Of a stretch of DNA of 64,000 nucleotides, positions 52,742 through 64,000 are shown piece by piece. This DNA is from an uncultured Methanosarcinales archaeon (GTDB lineage: Archaea > Halobacteriota > Methanosarcinia > Methanotrichales > Methanotrichaceae): NCBI GenBank assembly GCA_963843555.1, contig CAWJKV010000016.1, positions 32,001-96,000 on the forward strand. Direction: 5' to 3'. The position numbers were made by a program, and so were the translations under genes. The notes beneath the pieces are model-generated. The model saw nothing but the letters and a program-made list of their open reading frames with translations, had not been told where the DNA came from and searched no databases. Position 1 is the stretch's first letter, and every line of letters begins with the position of its first letter.

Positions 52742-53752
52742 ATGTCACTACAAAAATATGGTGTACTGAAAGGAAAGGCAATCGAGACAAAAAAGGGAAC
52801 AGGAAAAACCCCGCATTTCCAGATACTGGTCAGCGATGACGAATTACTTTACCGCATCGCAGTAAATGTTGAGTCTCAGGAGCCGCCATCAGACGTTCTC
52901 TATTATGTGGATGAGAACTTCCATCATCCCATCATAGATCTTCTGGAACCAATGCCAAAAGGCCATCATCTATTGGATAAGAAACCGGGAGGCTCGGCCA
53001 TCGATTTCATCCGGGGCAACCTCTTCGACACATCTTTGATGAAGCCATTGCCATATGATATTCCGGGTGCTGATAACGATCTCAATGAATTGGTTCAAAA
53101 ATACGTAGCCAAAGCAATTTCCATGGAGAGCAGTGCTATCTATGCATTTGGTGAGCGGTGGGGTCCCGAGAATGCGCGAGATGGCTATTTCGGCTTCGCA
53201 CCTGGCAATGGCATCCACGACATCCACATGAACCAGGGAAGCTCCGCCGCATTCATGAAGTACGACGGCGTATGGCAGGATGGCTGCCTTATCATCCACT
53301 TGCCTGACGAAAATAAGTGGATCGGCATCTTCCTGGCGTTTCAATCCCAGTGCTTCCACACGGATGATGTTCAGGGCCATCGTATTCCCGAGGTATGCGA
53401 CAAAGTGCCGGTGCCGCCAAAACCCGGAGCTAAGAGCATATGCATCATTGCGGCTCTGGTAAATCCAGAGGGAGGGGACAAGGGATTGGAAGCGGTTACT
53501 CTGCTCAATACCACTCCCAATGCGATCGACTTGACAGGCTGGTCCCTGGTGGATAAGAATAAGAAGAAAATGGCCTTGGGGGGCAGCATCAAAGCGGGAG
53601 AAGCTCTTCAAGTGGAACTGACGGGCAAGGATATTGAATTATCCAATAAAGGCGGAATTATTACCCTGCTGGATAAAAAAGGTCTGAAGGTCGACGGGGT
53701 GAGCTTTACCAAAGAAGATGCCTCTAAGGAAGGATGGACGATTGTATTCTAA
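52742..53752 (+). CDS. DUF2278 (YukJ-like) protein with C-terminal lamin-tail-like domain
   Basis: YGVLKG, GIHDIHMNQG, WQDG, IIAALVNP.G.D...E.V.LLN. Confidence 0.82.
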   Translation: MSLQKYGVLKGKAIETKKGTGKTPHFQILVSDDELLYRIAVNVESQEPPSDVLYYVDENFHHPIIDLLEPMPKGHHLLDKKPGGSAIDFIRGNLFDTSLMKPLPYDIPGADNDLNELVQKYVAKAISMESSAIYAFGERWGPENARDGYFGFAPGNGIHDIHMNQGSSAAFMKYDGVWQDGCLIIHLPDENKWIGIFLAFQSQCFHTDDVQGHRIPEVCDKVPVPPKPGAKSICIIAALVNPEGGDKGLEAVTLLNTTPNAIDLTGWSLVDKNKKKMALGGSIKAGEALQVELTGKDIELSNKGGIITLLDKKGLKVDGVSFTKEDASKEGWTIVF

Positions 53753-53809
53753 TCCTTCCCCTTTTTGCAATAAAAAGAGAAAAGGCCGGAAGCTCCCGGA
53801 TATCGGCCT

Positions 53810-55676
53810 TCAGATGAACTTTGGCCTCTCCGAGAGCTTCATGGACATGGCCAGTCTGCGATACGGCTTCCCTGCAGTCTCGGCATTGAGCCTTTTCCTC
53901 AAGTATTCAATTGTCATCCTGGACTTGGCGGCATTCTTGGGGGTGGAATCGGCACGGATGGTGACGTTCAGCTGGCCTGACTCCAGCTCCTCATCTCCGA
54001 TCACCGCCACATAGGGTATCCACTCGCGGCCTGCATCGCGGATCTTCTTGCCTACTGTTTCGTCCCGCTCATCAACATCCGTCCGGAATCCAAGCTCTTT
54101 GGCAATCTCAAAAGCCCGGGCCTGGTGGCGCTCTGCCACGGGTATGACCCTGACCTGCGTGGGCGAGAGCCAGGTCTGCAGCATAGGCAATTTACCCTCC
54201 TCCGAAAGACGAGCCGCCTTCTCCAGCAGAGCATACATCACCCGCTCGATGGCGCCGGAGGGAGAGCAGTGGAGCAGTATGGGCCGCTGCCTCTCCCCGG
54301 CTTCATCGATGTAGGTGATATCGTAGCGCTCAGCATTCTCGACATCAATCTGCACAGTCGCGAGGGCGCTGGCCTTGTTCATGGTATCTACAAAGTTGAA
54401 CTCGAATTTGAGGACGAAATAGAAGAACCTCTCATCCCACATCTCGATAAGGACCGGTTTTTTGACGATGTCCACCAGGCCCTCGATGAACTCCCGGTTC
54501 TCGCTGTAGAAATCCTTGGTGAACCTGATAGCCACCTCGTAGTCATCCAGGTCCAGACCCACTTCTTTCAAGAGGGAGATGCTGGCCAGGTACTGCTTTC
54601 TGAACTCCTCTGTGGCGGATGCCATATCGCGGGTCAGGGTATGCATATCGGGCATGGTGAAGGCCCGCAAGCGTCGAATGCCCACCAGTTCGCCACGCTG
54701 CTCGCGCCGGAAGCTGTATCTGGTGATCTCGAACATCTTCAGGGGCATGGACTTGTAGGAGATGGACATGTCGTGGCCCATGAGGAACTGGCCGAAGCAG
54801 GCAGCGAAGCGCAGGAAGAGCTTCTTCTTGTCCGCCTCGATCTGGTACTGCCTGGCCGGGAACCGGTCCAGGTACTTCTTCAGAGTGGGGTGCTCCATGT
54901 CGTACATGATGGGCGTCTCCACCTCCATGGCTCCCATGTCCGTGGCCTTCTCCAGGACCAGGTTCTCCAGCAGAGACTTCACCAGCCTCCCCTTGGGGTA
55001 GTAGCGCATGTTGCCCGGATCGGAGCCAGGCTCGTAGTCGACCAGCTCCAAGCGCCTCATGAGCTCCACGTGGGGCGGAACCTTGTCCACGGCTCTGGCT
55101 TTGGAGATCTCGTAGTTGGCGAACTTCTGCAGGTTGTCATGTCCCTTAAAGTCGAACTTATCTATGTCGACAAGGTTGCCATCCAGGTCCAGAACCTTCC
55201 AGTAGGAGACGGCTTTGGCCTCGGACTTGAGAGCCTCGGAGACCACTTCGCCCTTCGCCCAGCTTGATAGAACGGGAGAGCTCGGAGAGAGGATGGCCTT
55301 TGCAGCTTATGGTGAAGGACTTGTACCAGCCGAAGGGTGCGCGCATGACCTCATAGTCCCCGGAGAGGGTCTCTGCCATTCCTTTGAGGATTTTGACGGC
55401 CGTCGCAGGCGTGGAGAGGTTGGGGCTTAAGTGAGCATAAGGATATATCATGATGCGGCTGGCCTTGACCTGCCCGGCCACATCTGCTACTTGCTTCGCA
55501 CCCTCGGCTATCACCGCCTCCGGATCGTCCTCGTCGAACTTCTCCACAGCGATAAAGGCGCACAATGCCTCTTCGAGACGGCCTTTCTTGGCCGATTCAA
55601 CGACTTCTTCCGCCATCTTCGTGGGCCGCTTGGCCTCGAATTCAATAAAATCTGAGTGGATTAGGAGCAATTGCAA
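53810..55676 (-). CDS. thrS: Threonine--tRNA ligase (archaeal, with N-terminal editing domain), frameshifted
   Basis: [47 protein letters not shown]. Confidence 0.95.
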
Positions 55677-56341
55677 TAGGGGTCACCTGACTGGTCAAAG
55701 GGATAAAAGTGGATGTAATTCAATGTTTCCGTGAAGCTCACGGGATTCCCGTAGTTATGGAGAGAGATGATGCCAGTTTATAAAGAAATTATCCCTGCAT
55801 AATTCTGCCAAATGTGCGAGTAGAGGTCTACTAACTGTACTTTTTCTCGCCCGAGCAAAGTAGGCCGCGAGATTGACTGATGTGTCTCAATAAGAAATCG
55901 GTGCTAAAATTATATTGCCTTTTTCAGGTCTTCATTCATACGCGGGCTCATCTGCCAATAACTGTGAGCAAAAGGGCTGTTATCTCCATCAGGCCCTCTG
56001 CAATCTACTCATCGGTCTTATTTGCGTCAGACTCGTAAGGAATGTCCTGCCCTTCGGTCTTTGCGCTCCAAACCTTGCACATGAATATTATCTCTGGACT
56101 CCTACTTTATACATAGTACCTCATACACCTTTCTCAAATTGGCCTAAATCGTCTTTTGACTAGCAACCCGTTCCAGTTACTATGAGAATTGCAAAGTTTT
56201 CTTGAGCGGTTTCTGATATCGATCAATTAATCCTATAGCTATCGATTCCGAAAATGTGGAACTTGGAGCGTAACATCAGGCAGGTCCATTCAACTCATTA
56301 TTTATAAAACTAATAATTTAAATTTAGGAGCGACCGGGTTT

Positions 56342-56981
56342 TCAGGACTTATCTCCTGCAAGGAATCCGGGCAACTTAGACCGCATATACGCCTCGCGGC
56401 GGTGGTTGGGACTGACTTTGAGGTATATGCTCGTTGTGGCCAGGGACGCATGCCCTAGCTGGTCCTGCACGTCGCCCACAGGTAACGCCGCTATCCAGGC
56501 TCCAGACGGCGAAGCTATGCCTGAGCATGTGATGGTGGACTCGATGTCTGTTCTTGCCTGCCTTGTCCTGACGCTTGACCTCTTGCAGACCAGCTCTGGT
56601 AGCTATGCCATCGAGGATATTCTGGGCCTGTCGGGAAGTGATGTGGCTATCTCGATAGCTCTGGAACAGCCAGCCCTTAGAACGCCCTCCGAGCAGCTTT
56701 GATATGGCCTCGGCGACCTGGGGGAGAAGAACCACCGTGCGCGCCTTTTTGAACTTGGCATTGATGACGGGGACATGCAGATACCCTTTGCTGAAATCTA
56801 CATCTTCGGCTCTGATCTGGGTCATCTCACTCACACGTAGGCCAGCTCCAGCCAGAAGGAGCAGTATACATCGCTCTCTCGTTCGTCCTGGGAGGACTTG
56901 AGCAAGGCGTTGAACTCTGCATGGGTGAGATGAGAAAAGGAAGACCTCATTACTTTTAAGCGTACGTGGTCGTCGTGCCAA
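56342..56981 (-). CDS. Tyrosine recombinase/integrase, catalytic domain only, frameshifted
   Basis: GLRVSE (R), K..K.R, HMLRHSFA (HxxR), and in the next frame LGHASLATTSIY (H, Y). Confidence 0.85.
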
Positions 56982-57162
56982 TGTATATGCAATGTTAGTA
57001 TTATGGCCTAGAACTACTTGCTTCTTTTCAAGCAGAAGTCTAAGATGTTTATAATTGGGTAAAAATTTCAGGCTGTCATCACCACATTATCAACGAGATT
57101 AGCATTAGGTCTCCCAACACCTTTATTAATCAAGTTACCATTTCCAGAAGGAGGCTTGAATT

Positions 57163-57906
57163 ATGGAATTCCTTGACATTATGAGCATCTCACACCGCTA
57201 TATGGAGATATTAAACCCTTCCACGCCTGAAAAAATCATCAAACTTGGCAAATTACTCAAATTGAAAAAGGGAAACCGGGTCATTGACTTCGGTTGTGGT
57301 TGTGCCGGACCCCTTACTCTCTGGGCGGAGGAATTCGGTATCACTGGTATTGGGATAGATATATCCGAGGATTTCTGCGACAGGGCTAGGCAAAAACTGG
57401 CTTCAAAAGGTTTATCTGACCGAATCGAAATCGTTTGCTCCAATGGGGCTGATTACGTATTCGAAGAAGGGGTTTTCGATGCCGCAACATGTATTGGGTC
57501 AACGTTTATTTTTGGCGGCTGCCAGCAGACACTCCAAGTACTGAAGCGAGCTGTTCATCAGAATGGACGCCTTGGTATCGGTGAAACCCACTGGCTTAGC
57601 AATCAGGTACATCCGGTATACGCCCAAAAACAGACAACTACCCATACAGAAACGGAACTAACTCAATTTACCCGGGATGAAGGCTTTGAACTCGAATACA
57701 TCATTCGTGCCAGCTACGACGACTGGGACAGGTACATTTCGGATGGTTGGTATGGACTGATACGTTGGCTCGAAGAAAATCCCACCCACACTGACTATGA
57801 ACAGGTATTCAAGCATTTCCGTACTGACCAGGATGATTATTTACAGTTCCAACGCCAATATATGGGTTGGGCCATGTACTGCCTCGCTCCCATGAAATCT
57901 CGTTGA
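57163..57906 (+). CDS. Class I SAM-dependent methyltransferase
   Basis: VIDFGCGC, GIDIS, FDAATCIG; GGAGG RBS. Confidence 0.88.
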   Translation: MEFLDIMSISHRYMEILNPSTPEKIIKLGKLLKLKKGNRVIDFGCGCAGPLTLWAEEFGITGIGIDISEDFCDRARQKLASKGLSDRIEIVCSNGADYVFEEGVFDAATCIGSTFIFGGCQQTLQVLKRAVHQNGRLGIGETHWLSNQVHPVYAQKQTTTHTETELTQFTRDEGFELEYIIRASYDDWDRYISDGWYGLIRWLEENPTHTDYEQVFKHFRTDQDDYLQFQRQYMGWAMYCLAPMKSR

Positions 57907-58904
57907 CATGTAGTAACCTATGAAAATATTTTTAATTTACACTGCCTAGGCACACTTGTATATGCTACCACCCTAGAGCAGACTGCCTAAAATTTAAGTA
58001 TTTTTATATAATAAATTTCGAATAAAATAATTTCCAGCCAAGTTTATTTGTATTGGTCTTTTAGAATATTATTTCCGCATGCTAACCATGAAACTAGCGC
58101 GTAGAACCGGAGGGCTGCGCGCCGGATTCCATGAGATTTTTTAACTTTAACCGCTGCCGGTTATCCCGGCTGCGATATCCCTTCGGCCATGCCATAAAAT
58201 TTTTGCGAAATCTTCCAGATGGCGTCGATTATCCGCTCATCGCTTTGGGATTCGTCTGAGCGCGGAGATGGCGAGAAATAACCACCATAAGAGCAGGCCG
58301 AACACTGCCACCAATGAAATGATGATGTAAAAGTCCATAATCCTTTCAACTCTTTAGAGGCTCCATCTAGACCTCAAGATGCTCAGATAATTCTTAATAG
58401 CCATTGATGATATAGACGATTATGTTCAAATATACTCCTAAAATTAAGCACATTTCACTGAATCAACCAGCATCAACCAACCGAAATTATCTGCTAAATA
58501 AAGGTTATACACGCTAATTTATACAACATTCAAGGCCCGTTATAAGAGGCCACATAATTTTATAAATATGCTTTTACCCTAGTAGGTCTGACGAGAGATC
58601 GAACGCAAACAGTCATGGACGCTTGCGGCGACGGTGCCAAACAGGATGGAGAGAAAGCGATGGGGCAGTGGTTGCGAGATTGCATGAAATAGGCATCTGG
58701 TCCAATTATAGTCTGCTTTTTCGGCCAAGATCATTGCCGGCATTTTTCTTCTCGTATCGGTTGAGTCAAAGTCCCTGTCAAAGCTCACAAATATTAGATC
58801 ATTATTCTCGCCGCAACGTATTGAGATGCATTATCGAAATCCAGACCATGCTCTTTCATTGGCAATAACAAATCCCTTAGATCGGCAAGGCTCAATGAGG
58901 TAGC

Positions 58905-59129
58905 TCAATCGCCCCCACCAATCCAGGGATTTTTTTTGCAATTCCAGAGAAGTATAACTTTCATTAAAATCGGCCAATCCACCTGCCCAGTCGAGCCGTA
59001 GCTTTTTGCGCTTAGGTTTGCTTTTTTTCCTCCTGGTATTGGGCGAAATCCTGGACCTCTTGCTGATGTTGGGAGGAAAAGTTTGGACATAAGATCGCGA
59101 ATCTGATCCGTAGATATTTTCGGAGGCAT
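58905..59129 (-). pseudogene. DUF2281-like antitoxin, frameshifted; partner toxin not recognisable
   Basis: QQEVQDFAQY and KKLRLDWAGGL....YTSLELQKK.LDWW in different frames. Confidence 0.55.
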
Positions 59130-59498
59130 ATGACGGATATATTTCTATTCGCCTCCCATGAGGCATCTTATGACATGCAACTCCTACTGCCAGAACCGAG
59201 GACTTCCAGCAGTATGGCTTCATCCACATGGACATGGGCCACCTGGGCTGGGCTCGAATTTGCACGAGCGCATCGCGGGCGCGAGCGGCAACTGGCACTG
59301 GCTGCGACCACCAATCACCTTAATGATGGCCTGTTCCGCCCCGAACCCGACTCAATGCCGGGCGGGGACACAAACAAAGCACCGGAATTCACGCAGTGTC
59401 TGTCTTACGGGAACCCGTATCACCGCCAGATGCAGGGCCGTTTGATCGCTCTGCCTTGGCTTTGGACACCTGTACAAGGCCGGACCTTCAGACTTGAC

Positions 59499-60158
59499 TT
59501 ACTTTTTTATTGGCTTTATTGGCGGAGGTCTGCTCACAACACCGGAATCGCTTACCGCTATCGACTTGGTCGCATTGTTGGTCGAATTGGTCTTTATCCT
59601 ATTTATATTACTCTTGGAGAGATTTAAATTGCTTGTCTTGACCGCTACCCTGGGCATCAATACTGTATCAATTACATGGATCACGCCGTTCGTACAAACG
59701 ATGTCTGACTGAACCACTTTAGCATCATTTACCATGACGTCGCCATTGGAAAAACTGATAGTGAGATTATCTCCCTGGACCGTTTTGACCATCATCCCAT
59801 TCTTCATGTCGGTGGACATAACCTCGCCAGGAACTAGGTGGTAGGTAAGAACCGGAGTCAGTTGCATCTTATTTGCCATCAAGGCATTAAGCTGATCCAT
59901 TGGTATTTTTGCAAAGGCCTCATCTGTCGGGGCGAAAACCGTGAAGGGTCCATCTCCCTTTAAGGCATCGACAAGTCCTGCCGTCTGCAATGCAGCCACC
60001 AGGGTATTGAAATTACCCGCCGCAATAGCGGTGTCCATTATGTTCTTTTCGCTGGGTGGCACACTTGGAGCAGCTATTGAATTTGATGCACCCATGCAGA
60101 CCCCAACCAACAGTGAAGCTGAGATTAGTAATGCATATAATACTACTTTTTTATTCAT
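59499..60158 (-). CDS. Fasciclin (FAS1) domain secreted protein
   Basis: FNTLVAAL, GPFTVFAPTDEAF, LTYH, NGVIHVIDTVL. Confidence 0.93.
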   Translation of the reverse strand: MNKKVVLYALLISASLLVGVCMGASNSIAAPSVPPSEKNIMDTAIAAGNFNTLVAALQTAGLVDALKGDGPFTVFAPTDEAFAKIPMDQLNALMANKMQLTPVLTYHLVPGEVMSTDMKNGMMVKTVQGDNLTISFSNGDVMVNDAKVVQSDIVCTNGVIHVIDTVLMPRVAVKTSNLNLSKSNINRIKTNSTNNATKSIAVSDSGVVSRPPPIKPIKK

Positions 60159-60320
60159 ATTATATTTCTCCAATAGGGTAATTCGCTTATCAATTGTTGA
60201 ATGTGAACGAATAAATAGATTTTGAGGTGAAATCGCAATCTTGAGGATGACCAAATATGACTACAATACGATTTAGCATCACCAATACAAGTTTTGAAAA
60301 AATTAGATCCTAGATCGGAG

Positions 60321-60929
60321 CTATGGCGAATTCAGAAATGCAGCTGCACCGTAGTACCAGGCATTTGCATCATATAGTTCGTCGCCGGTCGGATAGAATC
60401 CGTTATAAGGCGTATAGATTCCGTTATAGGGCATATAATAAATTCCGTTATATGACATGCCGTAGGTCCCGTTGTTGTAAACCGCACTGCTGAGCGACCT
60501 GAGATCGACTGAACTACCATCCGGGAATACGCATAGGCTCACATCTCCGTAAGGCGTGTGTACATCTTGAACCTGGCCGCCTCGTGCATTACATGTCTTG
60601 GTCGCATCGGCAAGATCCAGTGCACTGAGTGGTGCATTAGCGTAGTAGGAGCTGGTGCTGCCAGTACAGTTTCCTGTAAAGAAGGCATGTGCATCGCACC
60701 AGGCATTGTCTGCGAACTGGCAGATAGGTTTGCCGTTATTCAATCCTGGAGTCGTCGCATAGAGGTTCCCCGTGCTTACACAATAAGCTTCGTCCGGGCC
60801 CGAAGTATTTAAAACCTGGGCCATAACGTTCAGCGAACAAATACTGAGAAGGACCGCAACACTAAGCCATGCTAACTTGAACCATGATTTTCCGATATTG
60901 AAATTACCTGTCATCTTCTTCCACCCCAT
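60321..60929 (-). CDS. Secreted Cys-containing protein with two DUF333-like repeats
   Basis: AYCVSTG...ICQF.....CD..AFF.G.C and TC..RGG......CVFPDGS. Confidence 0.65.
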   Translation of the reverse strand: MGWKKMTGNFNIGKSWFKLAWLSVAVLLSICSLNVMAQVLNTSGPDEAYCVSTGNLYATTPGLNNGKPICQFADNAWCDAHAFFTGNCTGSTSSYYANAPLSALDLADATKTCNARGGQVQDVHTPYGDVSLCVFPDGSSVDLRSLSSAVYNNGTYGMSYNGIYYMPYNGIYTPYNGFYPTGDELYDANAWYYGAAAFLNSP

Positions 60930-61826
60930 TCAAGGCCTTATCGATCCAAACAGTGCCCATCTCCAGGGCGCTCCAATCATCCGGGATGATGACGCATTTT
61001 GAGCCTCTTTGGGAAGCACGATCTCCACTGGTGAGCCAAAGCTGTTGTAGACCGTGGACTCATTGATAAGGCTCATGATTTTGAATTCCGGTGAGGTGAT
61101 GTTCAAAATCTTCGGTGTAATGGTCAGGCTCGAGTTGATATCCAGTCTTTTCAGGATCGAATCATTCTTGGATATCCAGGCAGTCAGAACTATTCTGCTG
61201 TTGTTCATCAGGCTTGTATTGCTGATATCGAAAGTCCCGTTCTTCAGCTCATCAGGCAGTGCAAAGGGTGATGGGAAGTAAGCTGCCAGGAGCTGCAAGC
61301 CGGTCATTCCTGTATAGATCGACGGAATTGGCGAGCCTGAGATCTTGTAGTAATCCTCGTCCTGCATCTTATCCATGCCCACGATCTTCATGTTGGAGTA
61401 TTTGATGAGATTGACCTGGCCGGGAAGCTCATTGTAAGCCTGCAAGACTTGAGCCGCGTCGGTGACATTTAGCTGGGTCCAGTTCATACCCTCTTTCCAG
61501 TACTCTGAACCATTTATGAAATAGCCTTGCCAGGTGAGTACATCACCAGTCTCTTCATCAGTGAGGTTAGAGCTCCACCATCCACTCTTATTCACCTGGT
61601 CTACCTTACCGTTTGTGGTCTTGGATGCATCATATTCCTTGCGGAGGGAATCATTGGAGTAGATCTGCATACTCTCCGCTGACCTGGAATAGCTATAGCT
61701 GGTCAGATTTTTCGCTGAATTTTCGGCCGTCTGCTTCAATTGCTGGATGTTGACTTCCTGGGCGGTTGCGACCATGGAAGCCGCAAGAATTGCAAGCAGC
61801 ATGATAAGTACTTTGTTAGATTTCAT
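60930..61826 (-). CDS. Secreted hypothetical protein (LolA/LppX-like fold possible)
   Basis: Signal peptide, GGAGG RBS, C-terminal YNSFGSPVEIVLPKEA. Confidence 0.7.
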   Translation of the reverse strand: MKSNKVLIMLLAILAASMVATAQEVNIQQLKQTAENSAKNLTSYSYSRSAESMQIYSNDSLRKEYDASKTTNGKVDQVNKSGWWSSNLTDEETGDVLTWQGYFINGSEYWKEGMNWTQLNVTDAAQVLQAYNELPGQVNLIKYSNMKIVGMDKMQDEDYYKISGSPIPSIYTGMTGLQLLAAYFPSPFALPDELKNGTFDISNTSLMNNSRIVLTAWISKNDSILKRLDINSSLTITPKILNITSPEFKIMSLINESTVYNSFGSPVEIVLPKEAQNASSSRMIGAPWRWALFGSIRP

Positions 61827-62400
61827 GATTTAACCTCCGGGAATATATAGTACGCGAATACTAATAAATTTATGCCTTAGGTTCTGCCAAGATACTGCAT
61901 TTAGAGACTATTGAATCCAGTACCGAAAATTGGTAGCCATTGCAATTGTTGCAGCAATGATGACCTGAATAGTTACTTGTGGCTTTGGGGCCATTTTGCA
62001 GGATTTATTGACTGATGCCAATGCGGCCTTGAGATCGTCACTGTCAAGTTGCTGCTCTCTACCACATTTAGAGCTCGACTGGCCAGGGATTTCAGCCTCT
62101 ACACCCTTTAAAATAATGTTAAATCGCTTACTTGCCTCTATCTCCTTTTAATTCGATGCCTATATCGCGATCTTTTAGGGAAGTCAGAGTTTGGAAAGCT
62201 ATTTCCAAGAGGGAGTCTATGAAAAGCTCCTCTATGAGGCTTAATAGCCGTGAATGCGAAAGTCTCATCTCCCGCACGTTCAGCAGGCAGGCATTTTGGG
62301 CCGGTCAATAGACGATTCGCCTTCAGAATAAAAAGATGTAAAAAGCAGTAGTGCTAATAAATGTCAGCTGAAACCGGAAAATTGTATAAGGACGACGAAG

Positions 62401-62910
62401 GTGATGGAAATTAGAATAATATACATAATATTGTTATTGCTGGTTTACGGATTTATAGACAGTTTGGCAGCTTCTCCGAGTAACTCTGCATGCCCAGCAG
62501 GCACAAACATCTGCAACGGAACTTGTACTGATACCAGCATCGATGAACTAAACTGTGGATCATGTGGAACCATTTGCCCTTTAGGGAAAGCGTGCATAAA
62601 TGGCACATGTGCGTGTTTTTCCGGTCAAACTCTCTGCAATGGGACATGTATTGATACGAGCTTTGATTTACGAAATTGTGGAGCATGTGGAAACGCCTGT
62701 CCCGCTGGGAAGGACTGCATCAATGGAAAGTGCTTATGTCCTGCGGGTCTAGCTTTCTGTAATGGGATATGTATCGATGTTAACAGCGATGAATTTAACT
62801 GCGGCTCATGTGGAAATACCTGTCCATTGGACAATGTTTGCCTCCAAGGAAGATGTATGTCGCCTGTGGTGGTCTGCACCAATGAAGACTGCGAGGTTAT
62901 TTACCAATGA
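62401..62910 (+). CDS. Secreted Cys-rich repeat protein (Stig1-like repeats)
   Basis: Three repeats of CNG.C.D...D..NCG.CG..CP....C.NG.C.C. Confidence 0.85.
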   Translation: MMEIRIIYIILLLLVYGFIDSLAASPSNSACPAGTNICNGTCTDTSIDELNCGSCGTICPLGKACINGTCACFSGQTLCNGTCIDTSFDLRNCGACGNACPAGKDCINGKCLCPAGLAFCNGICIDVNSDEFNCGSCGNTCPLDNVCLQGRCMSPVVVCTNEDCEVIYQ

Positions 62911-63004
62911 TTACTATCCCTCTCGAAATGCTTATCATTGCGCGTGAATGAATTAAATGTATTTCAAGCGGAGTTTTTGAATATCCTAAAAACTCTGGCC
63001 AAGA

Positions 63005-63062
63005 TCTGAACATTCCGGTTCAGCGGCGGCAATATGCCATCCGCTAGAACAGGTTGTTAGCT
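63005..63062 (-). other. attC-like integron cassette recombination site
   Basis: Minus strand AGCTAAC-5nt-GTTCTAGCGG-hairpin-CCGCTGAAC-6nt-GTTCAGA, with one extra base in L''. Confidence 0.7.
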
Positions 63063-63106
63063 GACCATTTTTTTTCGCCCTGTTGAAGCCCTCGAAGACG
63101 TTCATA

Positions 63107-64000
<894 letters not shown>

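Noticed and set aside
54125..55267. Long antisense ORFs opposite thrS (similarly opposite leuS, hisS and the YgiQ gene)
   Set aside because: Shadow frames of GC-rich coding sequence
56342..56981. Integron integrase for the attC at 63 kb
   Set aside because: Too short and lacks the IntI-specific insertion before the HxxR box
58081..58135. GCTAAC followed by an imperfect hairpin, a possible second attC
   Set aside because: No matching GTT R' box and wrong box spacing

Overview
Archaeal chromosome segment, most likely from a methanogen of the Methanothrix (Methanosaeta) type. This is inferred from the archaeal LeuRS, ThrRS, HisRS, TBP, Alba, Hel308, PolB, Bud32 and the methanogen-type CBS cluster. 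Many essential genes are broken by single-base indels, which suggests long-read or assembly error, so several coordinates are approximate. Housekeeping backbone covers about 1-10.2 kb and 22.9-55.7 kb, and includes an intron-containing tRNA-Thr(CGT). There are two accessory regions. (i) About 10.2-21.9 kb, directly behind leuS: it starts with a duplicated leuS 3' end and holds an HD-phosphohydrolase/Hsp90-ATPase fusion gene and about eight toxin-antitoxin modules. From 15.3 kb onward the modules are separated by a degenerate, same-orientation, GC-rich, hairpin-forming repeat of about 150-250 bp, giving a cassette-array-like architecture with no recognisable integron integrase or attC sites. 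This is the best candidate for an undescribed system. (ii) About 55.7-64 kb: a short tyrosine recombinase, a methyltransferase, several secreted proteins, and a katG gene followed by a textbook attC-like site. A candidate structured ncRNA lies at about 46.8-47.1 kb.
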